From contig OZ176050.1 of assembly GCA_964247055.1 (NCBI GenBank), positions 5,580,001 through 5,644,000 of the forward strand: a stretch of DNA of 64,000 nucleotides, given 5' to 3'. Shown piece by piece: positions 27,428 through 39,757 of the stretch (the stretch's first letter is position 1; the number at the start of each line of letters is the position of its first letter). The notes beneath the pieces were generated by a model. It searched no databases. It saw only the letters and a program-made list of their open reading frames with translations, and was not told the DNA's origin. Origin of the DNA: Paragordius varius. Taxonomy: Eukaryota; Animalia; Nematomorpha. The position numbers were made by a program, and so were the translations under genes.

Positions 27428-30400
27428 TTATTTTGTTATCCAGCATCGAATTGGTGTAGTCTCACAGACAAAATTATTTAACATTTTACAGTCATTCACA
27501 ACCCAAGTAAATTTGTTCCTTACATTGATGGATATGCAATTGCGAGTTATATCATTACACGGTCTACCATTTTTCCAATTTGGATATGGGATAGGGACGG
27601 GTGTTGTATTAGGAACAAGGAGTTTATATGTGGCTGGAGTTGCAACATGCTTTAGCTGATGATGATCAATTTGAGAGGATTTAAAAGAATTGTATTGGTC
27701 ATGGAAAGAGTTTGCGTCAGGTATAATCCCGGCCTGCCAAGGAGGTATAGGAGGTATAATATCCCAATATGGATTAGGTAGTTTCCCCAGAAAAAGGTCC
27801 TCTGAGTAATGCGTAGGCTGTTGTGGATGTTGTTGAGGCCCGTAAAAGAATTTTCCAGTTTTGCTTGAATCCCACGGACTATTACTTCCTCCACTGTTGT
27901 AAAGAGCTGGCGAGGGTGCAGCTCCTGGATAATTTTTTCCCCAAGGATTTTGTCTCACCAATTTCCAGTAATATGAACTTTTTGAAAACGCGTCGGATTC
28001 TGAAACACTTTTAGGGATGCTTTCTACCTGCAAAACAAAAACAATACATAATTAATTTAGGTTAAGTAATCAATTTGAATTAAATTATCCATAATACAGA
28101 CTCGGCCAAATTTTTGCTCCTTGTCTAGAGATTTCGGCCCGCCAAAATTCCAAATATTCTCAAAGATTATCCCATACAATATATATATTTTCGATTTACA
28201 GAGCCATAGACCGATTTGAGAGACAAACAAAAACTATAGCGTTGAAGAATGCCGATAAATAAAAAATCCAAATATTTGTACAAACACCATAAACTGATAT
28301 GAGGGTTAAGATATGGCCATATATAAAACGCATGATTCAGAAATTGCCATATTGATAAGAAGTTAAATGAATCTTCTGATCATGTTTTCTAAAACAAAAC
28401 CGTCGAATAAAGGCAAAGATAATATAGCTATATACCATGGCTTTGAATCTAAACCGGAACCGCTTGTAACCTGAACTTGATTTTTGAGTTTTACTGGTAA
28501 CTTGTTTGATGAGTTTTTTATAATTTTGTTTTTCAAGAACCATTCAGTTTCTGAACTCAAAATTGCGAGAATTACGCCAACTACCTTTTTCGATTTTTTA
28601 ACCGCCCTATTCCATTCCCATTTTTCCAAATTTCAAAATTCAATAAACACCCTGGTTTCATTTTTAAATGTTGAGTGTAAAACCGTTTTGGATTCTAATG
28701 GCAAACGGTCTAACCTGTTACCAATTTTTTACCCCATCTGGAAGACCTGTTTGTACCGTTTTTAAACTTTTTTACAAACAAATGAATTCGGGAAATTGGA
28801 TATCTGAAAAATAAAATGGACTCGCTATCAAAGACATATGTGACGGCATTTTCAGAAAAGATGCCAAAAAACTTTTTTTGATAAATAGACATCAATTAAA
28901 AGTGTGATTAGAGTGCGATTGAAAAGTAGTGTAGTTGAATAAAATAAATTATATATGTCAATTATTCAAAAACGTGTGTAAATAAAAAAATTTATGTTTT
29001 ATAACAGTGGTATCCAACACAAATGGCTTCGCGGGCCTATTTTCGGATCGAAAAATCCGACGGGCAGCATTGGCATAATATACAAATATTTTATTAGATT
29101 GCAAACATAAGAATATAAAAACTACTATATTTAACAATTTTTGGTGGTTCATTGCCAAAATTTGGAAATATTTATAAAATTTGTTTAGGAAAACCATTTT
29201 TAGTTAAATTTTGTAAAATTTCGCTGACTGCAAAAATATTTTGAAGGGTCGCGTGTTGAACACCCCTATTTTATAAGATAAATGGATTAATTATTAAACT
29301 GTATCAATTGATATTTACAAATGTTAATTATAAAATTAAAGAACAAAACGCATTGGTTAAAAAAGAAGGTTTGTTTAATTGATATAATAATAAGACATTC
29401 AATATGCACCAACACATACATTATTCCATGACACGTCAGGATAACCAAATGAAGCCGGATTACTGGACATTTCCTTTCCAGTTTCGTGGTTTTTCACATA
29501 CACAAAAGTGCCATCTCGTTTCTTTCTTCTTCTCCTACGTTTTTTCCAAGCCAAACTCCAATCATAATTGGTGCCTTGTGAATTTACATTTAGCCAATCA
29601 CTGTATGTCAAAGTTTTTGCTGCATCTAGTATAGATGATTTGATAGTTAATAAGGTTGCCGTTTCATTATAACCCACTATAGTGCCATCTAGCCATTTAA
29701 GTGTCCCTTCCTTGTCTAAGTCATTGCCGCCTGTCCAAAAAAGTTGTGTTTTCCATGTACATCCTATGTTATATAAAAAATATATCGTTAAAATTATTAA
29801 ATATTCTAACCCCTTGGCATAATATCTGAAGGCTGGAAATATAAATGTTAAGGTTAACGTCGTATACAATCAATGAATCATTTTAAAGTCTTGTTTTGAG
29901 TTGTGTCCACTATCACATTGAATAATAATAATAATAATATAAAACCTCGATATTTTAGTAAACCATTGATACGATGAATCAAATATTTTTGTTCAAAAGC
30001 ATTGTCTATTTTGACCAAGTAGCCTTTCATTTGGCGACATGTGGTACGCGCTTGGGCCCAAGACCTTGCAGAACCCTTGTTTAGAAAAAATTTGTAGCAT
30101 CCCCTGCCCACAATTTTATAGTTATTAGGACAGCAAAAACGGCCTGGATCTATATGTAATTTAATTTTTTAATGAATGTGTTAATTTTGGCTCTGTACTT
30201 TAGCAAATTTCTTTGATATAGTCAGCCGTGAACTTTTACAAATAATAATTGGGTATCAAAGCCATATTAGATAAAGAGATGCAAAATTAAAAGAATCCAA
30301 ACAGCTTTTTATCGATATTATGATCATAACATTTGAAAGAATTATAAGGTTTGTAATTTTATTATACATTAAACATTTATATAAAGATGTAAAAAAATGA

Positions 30401-33400
30401 AACATTTAACTTCAATAACATTTTTTTTTAAAAAAGTTTTAAGTTTTGCATTTTCCTATAATATAATCTTATTGATGAAGATAAATTAATTAAATAAGGA
30501 GGTGCGTCAGAGCTAATAACCTTAAAAGAAACATAAAATTCGATTGTATATGTTTATAAAATTCTATAACATACAAAAATTTTCGTCAAAACCTTTTTAT
30601 TTAAAATGTTCAAATCGAATGTCATTGAAACATTAAGTAATTATATATAAAATAATAACTATCTGTGTTCTGGCACCGTAGCTGTGACATAGTCGAAAAC
30701 ATATTTAGTAAATCGATAATATATTTGCATAAACTGAAAAAGATCCCAATGATACGATTTTTATGTTGGTGCGGACCTAACCATGTGTAATGTAAAAAGA
30801 CACTTGACTAAAATTTTTCTTTGATTAGTAAATACTAATAAATTTTTGTATTATAATGTTTCAAGACACATAATTTTTATATATATATACCGAGTAAAAT
30901 AATATTGAGTAAAATTTTGCCCTAAAGAAAAATGACTAAGATCTATATGCAATCCATAACATATAAATGAATTATTCAAAAAGTGAAGTAAATTTTTTTT
31001 GTGGTATTTAGGGTGTGGATCTAACCATGTGCAGATTCAAAAGCATTTGACTAAATTACGCTTTTAAATGAATGTTGAATAATGTATCATAAGCTTTACG
31101 AAATTTGCGTAAAATCCAGGTTATTTTATATGGTCGCTAACAAAGATGGAGCCAAACCCAAAATGAATATAATTAAGCACTCAACGAAAATTGCTTTACA
31201 TAAAATACCTAAAATATTATAGGTTCTATTCACATATCTTTGGCGAATAGTTGATACAAAAACTTGTTATTATTTGACAATGGCTTATTTTTCCAAGAGT
31301 CCAGTAGCTTATATCTAAAAGAAGCAAAATAAATTTTTATTCGTTTTGATACCATGGTTTTCCTAAATTAATTTTAAAGGTCTTGTTTTTTTTACAAAAT
31401 GACATTTTGCGGAGACAGCGGTTAAAAACCAACTATATTCCGAACATTCGCAAAAATGCTAAAAAAAATAATATAATTGGTCTTGATTCCGAGAAACTGT
31501 ATAGACACGATTTCTGGCGACTTCTCCGTTTTTATGACCCTATATTCAGAAGTGGGGTTTATGGGAGTATATTCAAAAAAGTGGATCCACTATAGTCGCA
31601 AGTAAATGAATAAATAAAAATTTTCTACTTTTAAATAAAAATGAGCTATACAGGTTTTCCAAAATGTCTTAAAGCAAACGTTCTACAATATTATTTTATG
31701 TAAATTTTAAGCGTACGCATGATATTTTGAAAAATTATTGCTAAAACAGATCCACTGAGCTATTTTTTGCGACTTTTGAGCATTTTTTTGCCTTATAAAA
31801 CCTATGTTTCCCATTTAAAAAAACTGCAAAAATTAATTTAAATTCAATATTTTATATTACAGTTTTTAAAAATATTTTTTGTATAACACTGTTCTAAAAA
31901 TTGGGAATTATAAAACATCCTGATGAATTTTATATATTCTAATATTAAAATGTATGGGATTATTGATGCTTTTGGGCCTCACAAGTAATTTAATATATCA
32001 CTTTCGTATTGGACCATAACCTAAAGTAGCAAAATTAGCACACATTATAACAAATATAAAATTTTTGATAAAAGCTAAATGATTCATTCAAAAATGTATC
32101 ATCAATTTATAACCTAAACCACATTTAAAAAGCAAAACAATATTTACATCATACTAAAATTTTACACATATCCTCAAATCGCGAATTAAACCGCTCTAAA
32201 ATGGGCGAAATTTTTTTAATAAATGCAAAAAGCTTGAGATTGCTTTTAGGTTTAATCTAGATTATGACATTAAATGCAATTTTTTTAAAAAAATGCATGA
32301 TTTGCTAAATTTATGTAAATTTTATTCTCGAGGCATGGTTTAAATTTATAAGGTATAAATACGCTTTAAGATATTATAAAAACACTTTTTTTATATAAAT
32401 GGATGATGCAATGCGATTTTAACATTAATTCTTGGACCTTTGCTTATACAAAACATAGAATCCTAACACTTGTTTACAATACATACATTTCAGTCCTTCG
32501 ATATAATTAGGTAACTAGTAACTCAGGACCTGTAAAATTTATTATTTCAGAAAGGGAAAAAATTGAAATCATTGTAAAAGTTAACACTTATATAACAGAA
32601 CCGAATTCAAAAAAACATGATTTATGATAAACACGAAGGTAAAAATTGAGGACATGAGTGCATTAGCTAAATATAAAATATTGCAAAATAAACCTTTTTG
32701 TTTATATAGAGGTTAGATATGATTCTAATAAAAAAATAATTTTAATTCAGAAAAACATGATATTTTAAAATAAAAATAGCGTCGAAGTAGCTGGATATGG
32801 AGCTTTTTTCCAAAACTAAATATTGTTGGGATAATTAGCCCTAATTTGAATTGAAGTATTAATAACACTGAATTACTTTTTCATTCTTTTGTGCGCGATA
32901 AAATTTTGGGATAGTTTTGTTCCGCAGAGCTCAACGGAAGAAACAAACTACTGTTTTGGTTGTTTTGGTAAAAATTCCATTGTCAAACTCTCTTCTCCAA
33001 TTAGATAAAAGAATTAAAATTTAGTTTTTACCTTCTTGAGTCCCTAATTTGAATAGTTCCATAACACAATGTAAATAAACAGCTTATCTCATCAATAAAT
33101 ATAAAAATTTCTAGTAAATAATTTGAAAGCTTTCGTTAATTATTATGTTTTTCAACAAAAATATTCATTTTCAATCTGTTGATCCACGATTGACATTCCA
33201 TTTTGAGTTGCAGTACTTAATGACCCCAGACCATATTTAAATTAATATTAATATTAATAAAAATAGCGAAGATAATCTCAATTTTAATTTAGGCTTTATC
33301 CAAATAAAAATTAAGTAAAAAGCCAAAATATTTTGATGATATTTATTTTGGAAAAAAAGCACCATATCAAACTACTTTTATTTTATAATATTGCAAAACA

Positions 33401-36400
33401 TTGTTTTTTATTCCAACGCTAATTTTTCATTAAAATCACAAACTTAAAAATACACAATTGGTTTATTATGCATTATTTTTATATTAGGCTAATACACACA
33501 AACAAATCATGTAAAATCTTTGCCTTCAAGTTCATTAAAAAGGTAACATCAATTTATATATAAACTTATATTTGGTTCAAATTTTATTAAAATTCAAACT
33601 TTTGCAATGGCAATTTATTCCATATTTTTGAAATATTTGATCTTTTACAGGCTTGGGGTCACTTACCCCAATTCGGATCGCATTGAAAACAAATCTGTTT
33701 TATCCAAGTGTTAAAGTTAAAGAAAAAAAAGGCGACGGAAAAGTTTGAGATGAGGATTTTTTTATTTAATATTTATTTAAAAGTTCTGTATCATGAGCAT
33801 AAAAGGCTAAAGATACTATATTTCTAAATTTACCCTAACGCTAAAAATATTAATAAATTTAAATTGTAGCGTTTTGATTCAAATTGGAGTATCTAGGGAC
33901 TCTCGACTTTTTTAATTAGCAATTGTTAAAAAACTACGGAAAAAGTTGCTTCCAATTTAAATTAATGCTTCTGTTATATACATTAATAAGTCAATATCGA
34001 AATTAAATTTAGTTTTTTATTAATAATATCAAACTACTTCGATGCCATTTTTTCACGATATTTTTGCAAAATATCGTGTTTATTTTATTCTAACGCTAAA
34101 ATTAAAGTTTATTTAACGCTTGCACACAACACATTCATTTCAGTCCTCCGATTCAAATTTATTTAGTTGCCAGTGTTTAAAATTAAATACCTTAAAAAAT
34201 ATGAAGGGAATCGAAACCATGAAAAAATTTTATACATATATAACATTAATAATCCATATATAAAAAATTTTATTCAAAAATTATTGACATACTTATTTTA
34301 AGGTTAAACCCAAAGATTTTAAAAAAATACTTAAAGAAACGGCCAATTTAAATTTATGCTTCCATCCCAATATTATATAAGTAAGTCCTAAATAAAATTT
34401 AGTTTTTAAAAAAATTCCGTATCAAACTCTTCAGCGCCGTTTTTATCAACATTTTTGCAAAATATAGTGTGAATTTGATGCAAGGCTAAAATTAGTATAC
34501 TTTTTTATTAACAATTGGATACAACACACTCATTTTAGTCCTTCGATTCAAATTGGGGTAGTTGGATACCCCAGGCCTGTTTAAAATCAAATATTTTAAA
34601 AAGTATGGAAGTATTCGAAACCATGGCAAAATTTCGCACTTATATAACATTAATAAACCGAAATATATAAAAAATTTTATTCAAAAATACTTGATATTAC
34701 TTATTTTAAGCTAAAACCGAAAGGTAAAAATTTCGTCAACGTGACATGTGTCAAATTGTAAAATTAAAAAAAATACAAAATAAACCGCTTTTTCTATTTC
34801 TATCAATGTTAGTTGTAAATTACATAAAAAATTAGCTTTAGTTTTACCCTTAAAATTAAATAAAGACGATATTTTGCAAAAATTTTGTAAAATAAAAATG
34901 GCGTCGAAGTAGTTTGAGATGGAACTTTTTTTTCAAAACAAAATTTTATCAAGATATTTTGGCATATTTATATAATTTTTATCAGGATAGAAGCATTAAT
35001 TTAAATTGGGACCGTTTCCTTCAGTAATTTTTTAAAAATATTAATTTAAATTTTGTCTGGGGTATTTAGATACCCTAATTTGAATCGAAGTGTTAAAGTC
35101 ACATTTAATATTAATATAATCAGAAAAGGTATATGCATTAATTTTATATTTAGCTTAAGCACACACATGTCATAAATTTTTACCTTTGGGTTTTACCTTT
35201 GAATAAATAATAACAAGTATTTTTGAATGAATTTTTTTATGTTACGGTATTGTAATGTTATATAAGTGCAAACATTTGCCTTGGTAAAGGGGTCTTCAAC
35301 CAACCCAATTTGAATCGAAGCACTATAAGAATGTGTTGTTAATACAAAAAGACCACTTTGTCCATTTCTATCAATGTTAGATGTGATTTAAATAAAAAAT
35401 TAGCCTTTATTTTACGTTTAAAAATTAAATGATCACGATGCTTAAAATTTTGTAAAATAAAAATGGCGTGGAAGTAGTTTGACCTAAAATTTTATTTTAA
35501 ACGAAATTTTATTAAGATTTAGCTTATTTATATAATTTTTATTAGGTTAGATGCATAAATTTAAATTGAGACCGTTTTATTCAGTAGTTATTTCTTAAAT
35601 TTATTCTTGGATATTTAGATAACCATATTTGAATCGATGTGTTAAATCACATCTTGGTTTAAATAGAAAAAGTGGTTTATTTTGTATTATTATATTTAGC
35701 TAGGGCTCACATGTCATGTTGACTAAATTTTTATCTTAAGGTTTATCCATAAAATAATAATTGATATCAAGCTTTTTTAAATGAATCTTTATTATTTCGG
35801 TGCATCAATGTTATTAAGTCCAAACATTTGCAATTGTTTCAATTTGTTCCATATATTTGTATTTATTTGATATAAAACAGGAATGGGGTCCCCAAAGATT
35901 CCAATTAGAATCGGAGGATTGAAATGAATGTTGTGTAGCCAACTGTTAAAAGGCCCTTGATAAAAAAACGCTAAGAAGTGTTTATAACATATTTTTGGGA
36001 CTATTACACATACTAACAATTAATGAGTGACGAGTTTTATTGTCTTGTACTTATATTTATCTGATCTTATGTACAATTCTTTTGACTGATATTACTTAAA
36101 ATATCTGTTTTAAATAGCAGAATATATTTTTAATATTTATTATTGTAAAAACAGTTATAGGATTACAATTTATAAATATTTAATCATGAAAGATATATTA
36201 GTTACAAAAATATATACTTAATAGTTTTGGCACCCAAGGAATTATGTTTTGAGTTGCAGCTGTGGATATAGATGTGGTAGAAACGGTAGTTGGAGTTACT
36301 ATTACTGTAACTGTTGTAAGGTTTTGATAGATACTTTTACCATTATACAGGAAGTATGGAAATTGGTAATCGGAAAGACCTGATCGTGCATTCGATATTT

Positions 36401-36434
36401 GTATAAGGAATAAAACTAGATAAAAAGTTTGCAT
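27428..36434 (-). CDS. Secreted C-type lectin-domain protein (~448 aa) with a very large long-loop insertion
   Basis: Exons 36434-36218, 30149-29964, 29763-29420, 28027-27428; total 1347 nt, in frame. Signal peptide MQTFYLVLFLIQISNA, Thr-rich stretch, then CPNNY...GCYKF...SWAQARTTC...LVKID..EQKYL, FWTGGNDLDKEGTLKWLDG, and after the insert YPNWKNGRPC...NCISI...WVVNDC...FVCE. The link from exon 1 across a 6-kb intron is less certain. Confidence 0.8.
29005..29268. mobile_element. hAT-type MITE in lectin intron
   Basis: CAGTGGTATCCAACAC / GTGTTGAACACCCCTA termini; perfect 8-bp TSD TTTTATAA. Confidence 0.85.
32440..35900. repeat. Cluster of about six or more intact and degenerate piggyBac-like MITE copies in lectin intron 1
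   Basis: Recurrent TCGAAGTAGTTTGA(G/T)ATG core (32780, 33365, 34015, 34430, 34905, 35470) and TTAA-CACTT-type ends; best copy 34512-35092. Confidence 0.7.
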
Positions 36435-36567
36435 AAATATTCTTCACTTTTAGAAATGCATTAAAATATTTTATTTATACTTTCAAAAGTGTGTCAAATA
36501 TTTGACACCGTTTTCCTAATTTCACTGTATATGTGTTTTTTTCGTGTGCGGTATTTAAAATTTTGTT
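36435..36567. promoter_or_regulatory. Putative bidirectional promoter between lectin (-) and NUFIP1 (+)
   Basis: Only 133 bp separate the two divergent ATGs; inferred from gene geometry alone. Confidence 0.4.
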
Positions 36568-37468
36568 ATGGCAAACAATGTGCCTTGGATGTATGTCCCC
36601 AATTATAATTATCCTTATTTTAATTATTATTATCCATACCAGCCGCAATTATATGCTTATAACACCCAATTGTTAAATACTAATAATAATTTAATTTCCC
36701 AGCATAAGGTTTAATATACATAACATTTAGAATACTCCCAAATTTCATTGTAAATCATGTGATAGAGATTATTATTCTGAGTATAATTATAATGAACATA
36801 TATCACAACATATTAAAGTAAAATATATCCTTATATGCCTAGTGCCCATCAGAAAATTGTACATTTGAGGCCTTGGAAAATTTAATAGAGTTTCATTACA
36901 AATGGCAACATTTAACTGGCTTTAATAATAAGTGCTGGTCACAAACACCAGAGGATATAGCCGAATGGATTAAAGAACGGAAAAAGTTCTTATTTTTTAT
37001 TATTTTAGAAATTACCCTACGCTTGCTAAAATTAGGCATACAAAATTAAAAAAAGAATTACAAAGAAGTGCCGTGCATTATAGAACTGGTCAACAAGCTG
37101 TAAAAACGAACGACAATCCAGCTATAAGTGTAAATGACTTTATTAAACGTAGAAAAAAGCGATCATTGTTGTATCTTAGTAAAGCAGTTAAAACTAAAAT
37201 TCCGCTTGGAACAGATATTGCGACATGGAGAAAAAAATATACTCTTTTAGAACGCGTAAATTTAATTTTTATAAGCATAAGCAGGCATCTTATATGTATA
37301 TAATTGCGTTTAACTAATTGATTGTATGTAAATTTTTAGCTAGGAATTTTTACCAATGGGTCATAATATATTTTATTTATATCCTTATAGCTATTAGCTC
37401 CTGACATCAAAAAGGAATCTAGTTATCTCATCAAATGCATAAAATTAATTGATAAATATTTATTATAA
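36568..37468 (+). CDS. NUFIP1: NUFIP1/Rsa1-like box C/D snoRNP assembly factor (231 aa, 5 exons)
   Basis: Exons 36568-36708, 36731-36817, 36843-36985, 37009-37255, 37391-37468. Motifs CKSCDRDY...NEHISQHIKCPSENCTF...FHYKWQH (zinc fingers), TPEDIAEWIKERKKNYPT, and C-terminal TLLERLLAPDIKKESSYLIKCIKLI. Confidence 0.9.
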
Positions 37469-38897
37469 ATATAAACTAATATGTAAATAAATTTTTTGTA
37501 TATAAAATTTATATTTGCAATAATAATCCCTTCTTCATACTATACAAGTTGAAAAGGCCGATTGTACCAAATTTCTATAAACATATATAAAAACACAAAA
37601 TAAAATTAAATAAATTAAAGCTAATCATATATAAAATTTTAGCTTAGCCAAAGTCAAACAAAATACTAAATTTATTTATAATTTTTTGCTTCCATAATAT
37701 ATTAAACTTGGCCGGTTTTAAATATTTTAAGTTTTTAGATAATTCATAAAAAACAATATGCTAAGTGATAAACAGTTCATGATCTTTTCACTTTATTCCC
37801 CGATGTCGGATAGTTTTATATCTCAGAACTCAATCTTCCTACATTCCTATTGCCACCCGCGGTGTTGGTTGGGGCATGAAAATGCGCTAACGGCAAAGGC
37901 TAGTTTCTAATGATCTGTAAAATCATTAGTTGTACACAAGGGCATGTGTTAGGTAAATCGCATCAGATTACCTGAATTACTTCGTAAACTCCGAATCTGG
38001 AGTCCTACCTTTTATGATGATGATGAATTAACTAGTGTTTTTAAAATTATTTTAGTTAATATTTAATTATCAAACATTGTTCACCTGTCTTAAATAAAGG
38101 TTATAGTTTTTTGACTTCTAGACACCGAAATAGGGAGCGTTGTAAAACACAATAAAACTAAACTGATTTTAAATTAATAAATATTAAATTTTTACGGGTA
38201 AAATGCACCCTGAAAGCTTTTATATTTTCAACTATACACTTATCCATTGTATCAGCGATTTTAAAAAAATTAAGGTAAAAATGGCGGCAAAAAAGAGGAT
38301 CCTTTTTCAATTATTCATTTTTGGATTATCAAAAGAGGCTAATTTTTTTAAATACGGCCATCATCTTAAATACTTTTAAATATTCTTTTTTTAAGGTGCA
38401 CTGGCATATAAAACTTTACCAAATGGTCATAAGTGTTGAAGGAAATCACTCAAGCTGAGTGTGTTACTATGTTTGAAAATTTTTCATAACTGTCCGCAAG
38501 CTAATGTTAAAAGTATTCCATTTAGAAATAGATATATTATTGTGTTTTTATTTTTACTGTTTTTTACTTAATTATAATTTAGAATAGGATCAAAAAGATA
38601 TAACTATAAATTCAGTTATAATTAAAATTTTTGAAATCATTAATTACTTATCAAAATTGTTAATTAATAGGTTTAAGTTTTATTTTGCCTTAATTCGCTC
38701 TACAACACAAAATTATTAAAATACTAATTGACGGGTATTTATCAAAAATTGTTTAAAAAAAGAACTAAGTTAATGTTTATTTATTCATATATGAAATTTT
38801 ATAATTTGCAGATATGATACCATGGGCAGAGTTTTTAAAGATAAATTCAAAAATTGCATAAGTAATAAAATAAACAAATTTTTAACATAGAGTGTTA

Positions 38898-39536
<639 letters not shown>

Positions 39537-39568
39537 GCAATTAATCGGTCATATGCTTCCAACTTTTT

Positions 39569-39757
39569 ATGATTATTACCAGATGGCGAGCTTGGTGGAA
39601 TACCAAGGATAATTTAACTAAATCTGCTTATTCTTGGTTAGTTATCACTATTTCTGGAATAACCCTTTTTACTATAGCCAAAAAAGATATTAATAAAAGA
39701 AAAGCTAAATTATTTCAAAGGTCTATAAATGATAGAACCAATGGTGCTCGTGGATAA
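39569..39757 (+). CDS. 62-aa single-pass membrane microprotein, DUF4748-like
   Basis: ATG-initiated; one hydrophobic helix (AYSWLVITISGITLFTIA) followed by KKDINKRK, resembling the W...G...AKKxIxxRR pattern of DUF4748 as recalled. Overlaps the ARMC8 start. Confidence 0.55.
   Translation: MIITRWRAWWNTKDNLTKSAYSWLVITISGITLFTIAKKDINKRKAKLFQRSINDRTNGARG

Noticed and set aside
35792-36019. ORF as an extra lectin exon
   Set aside because: It overlaps the terminus of a piggyBac-like MITE.
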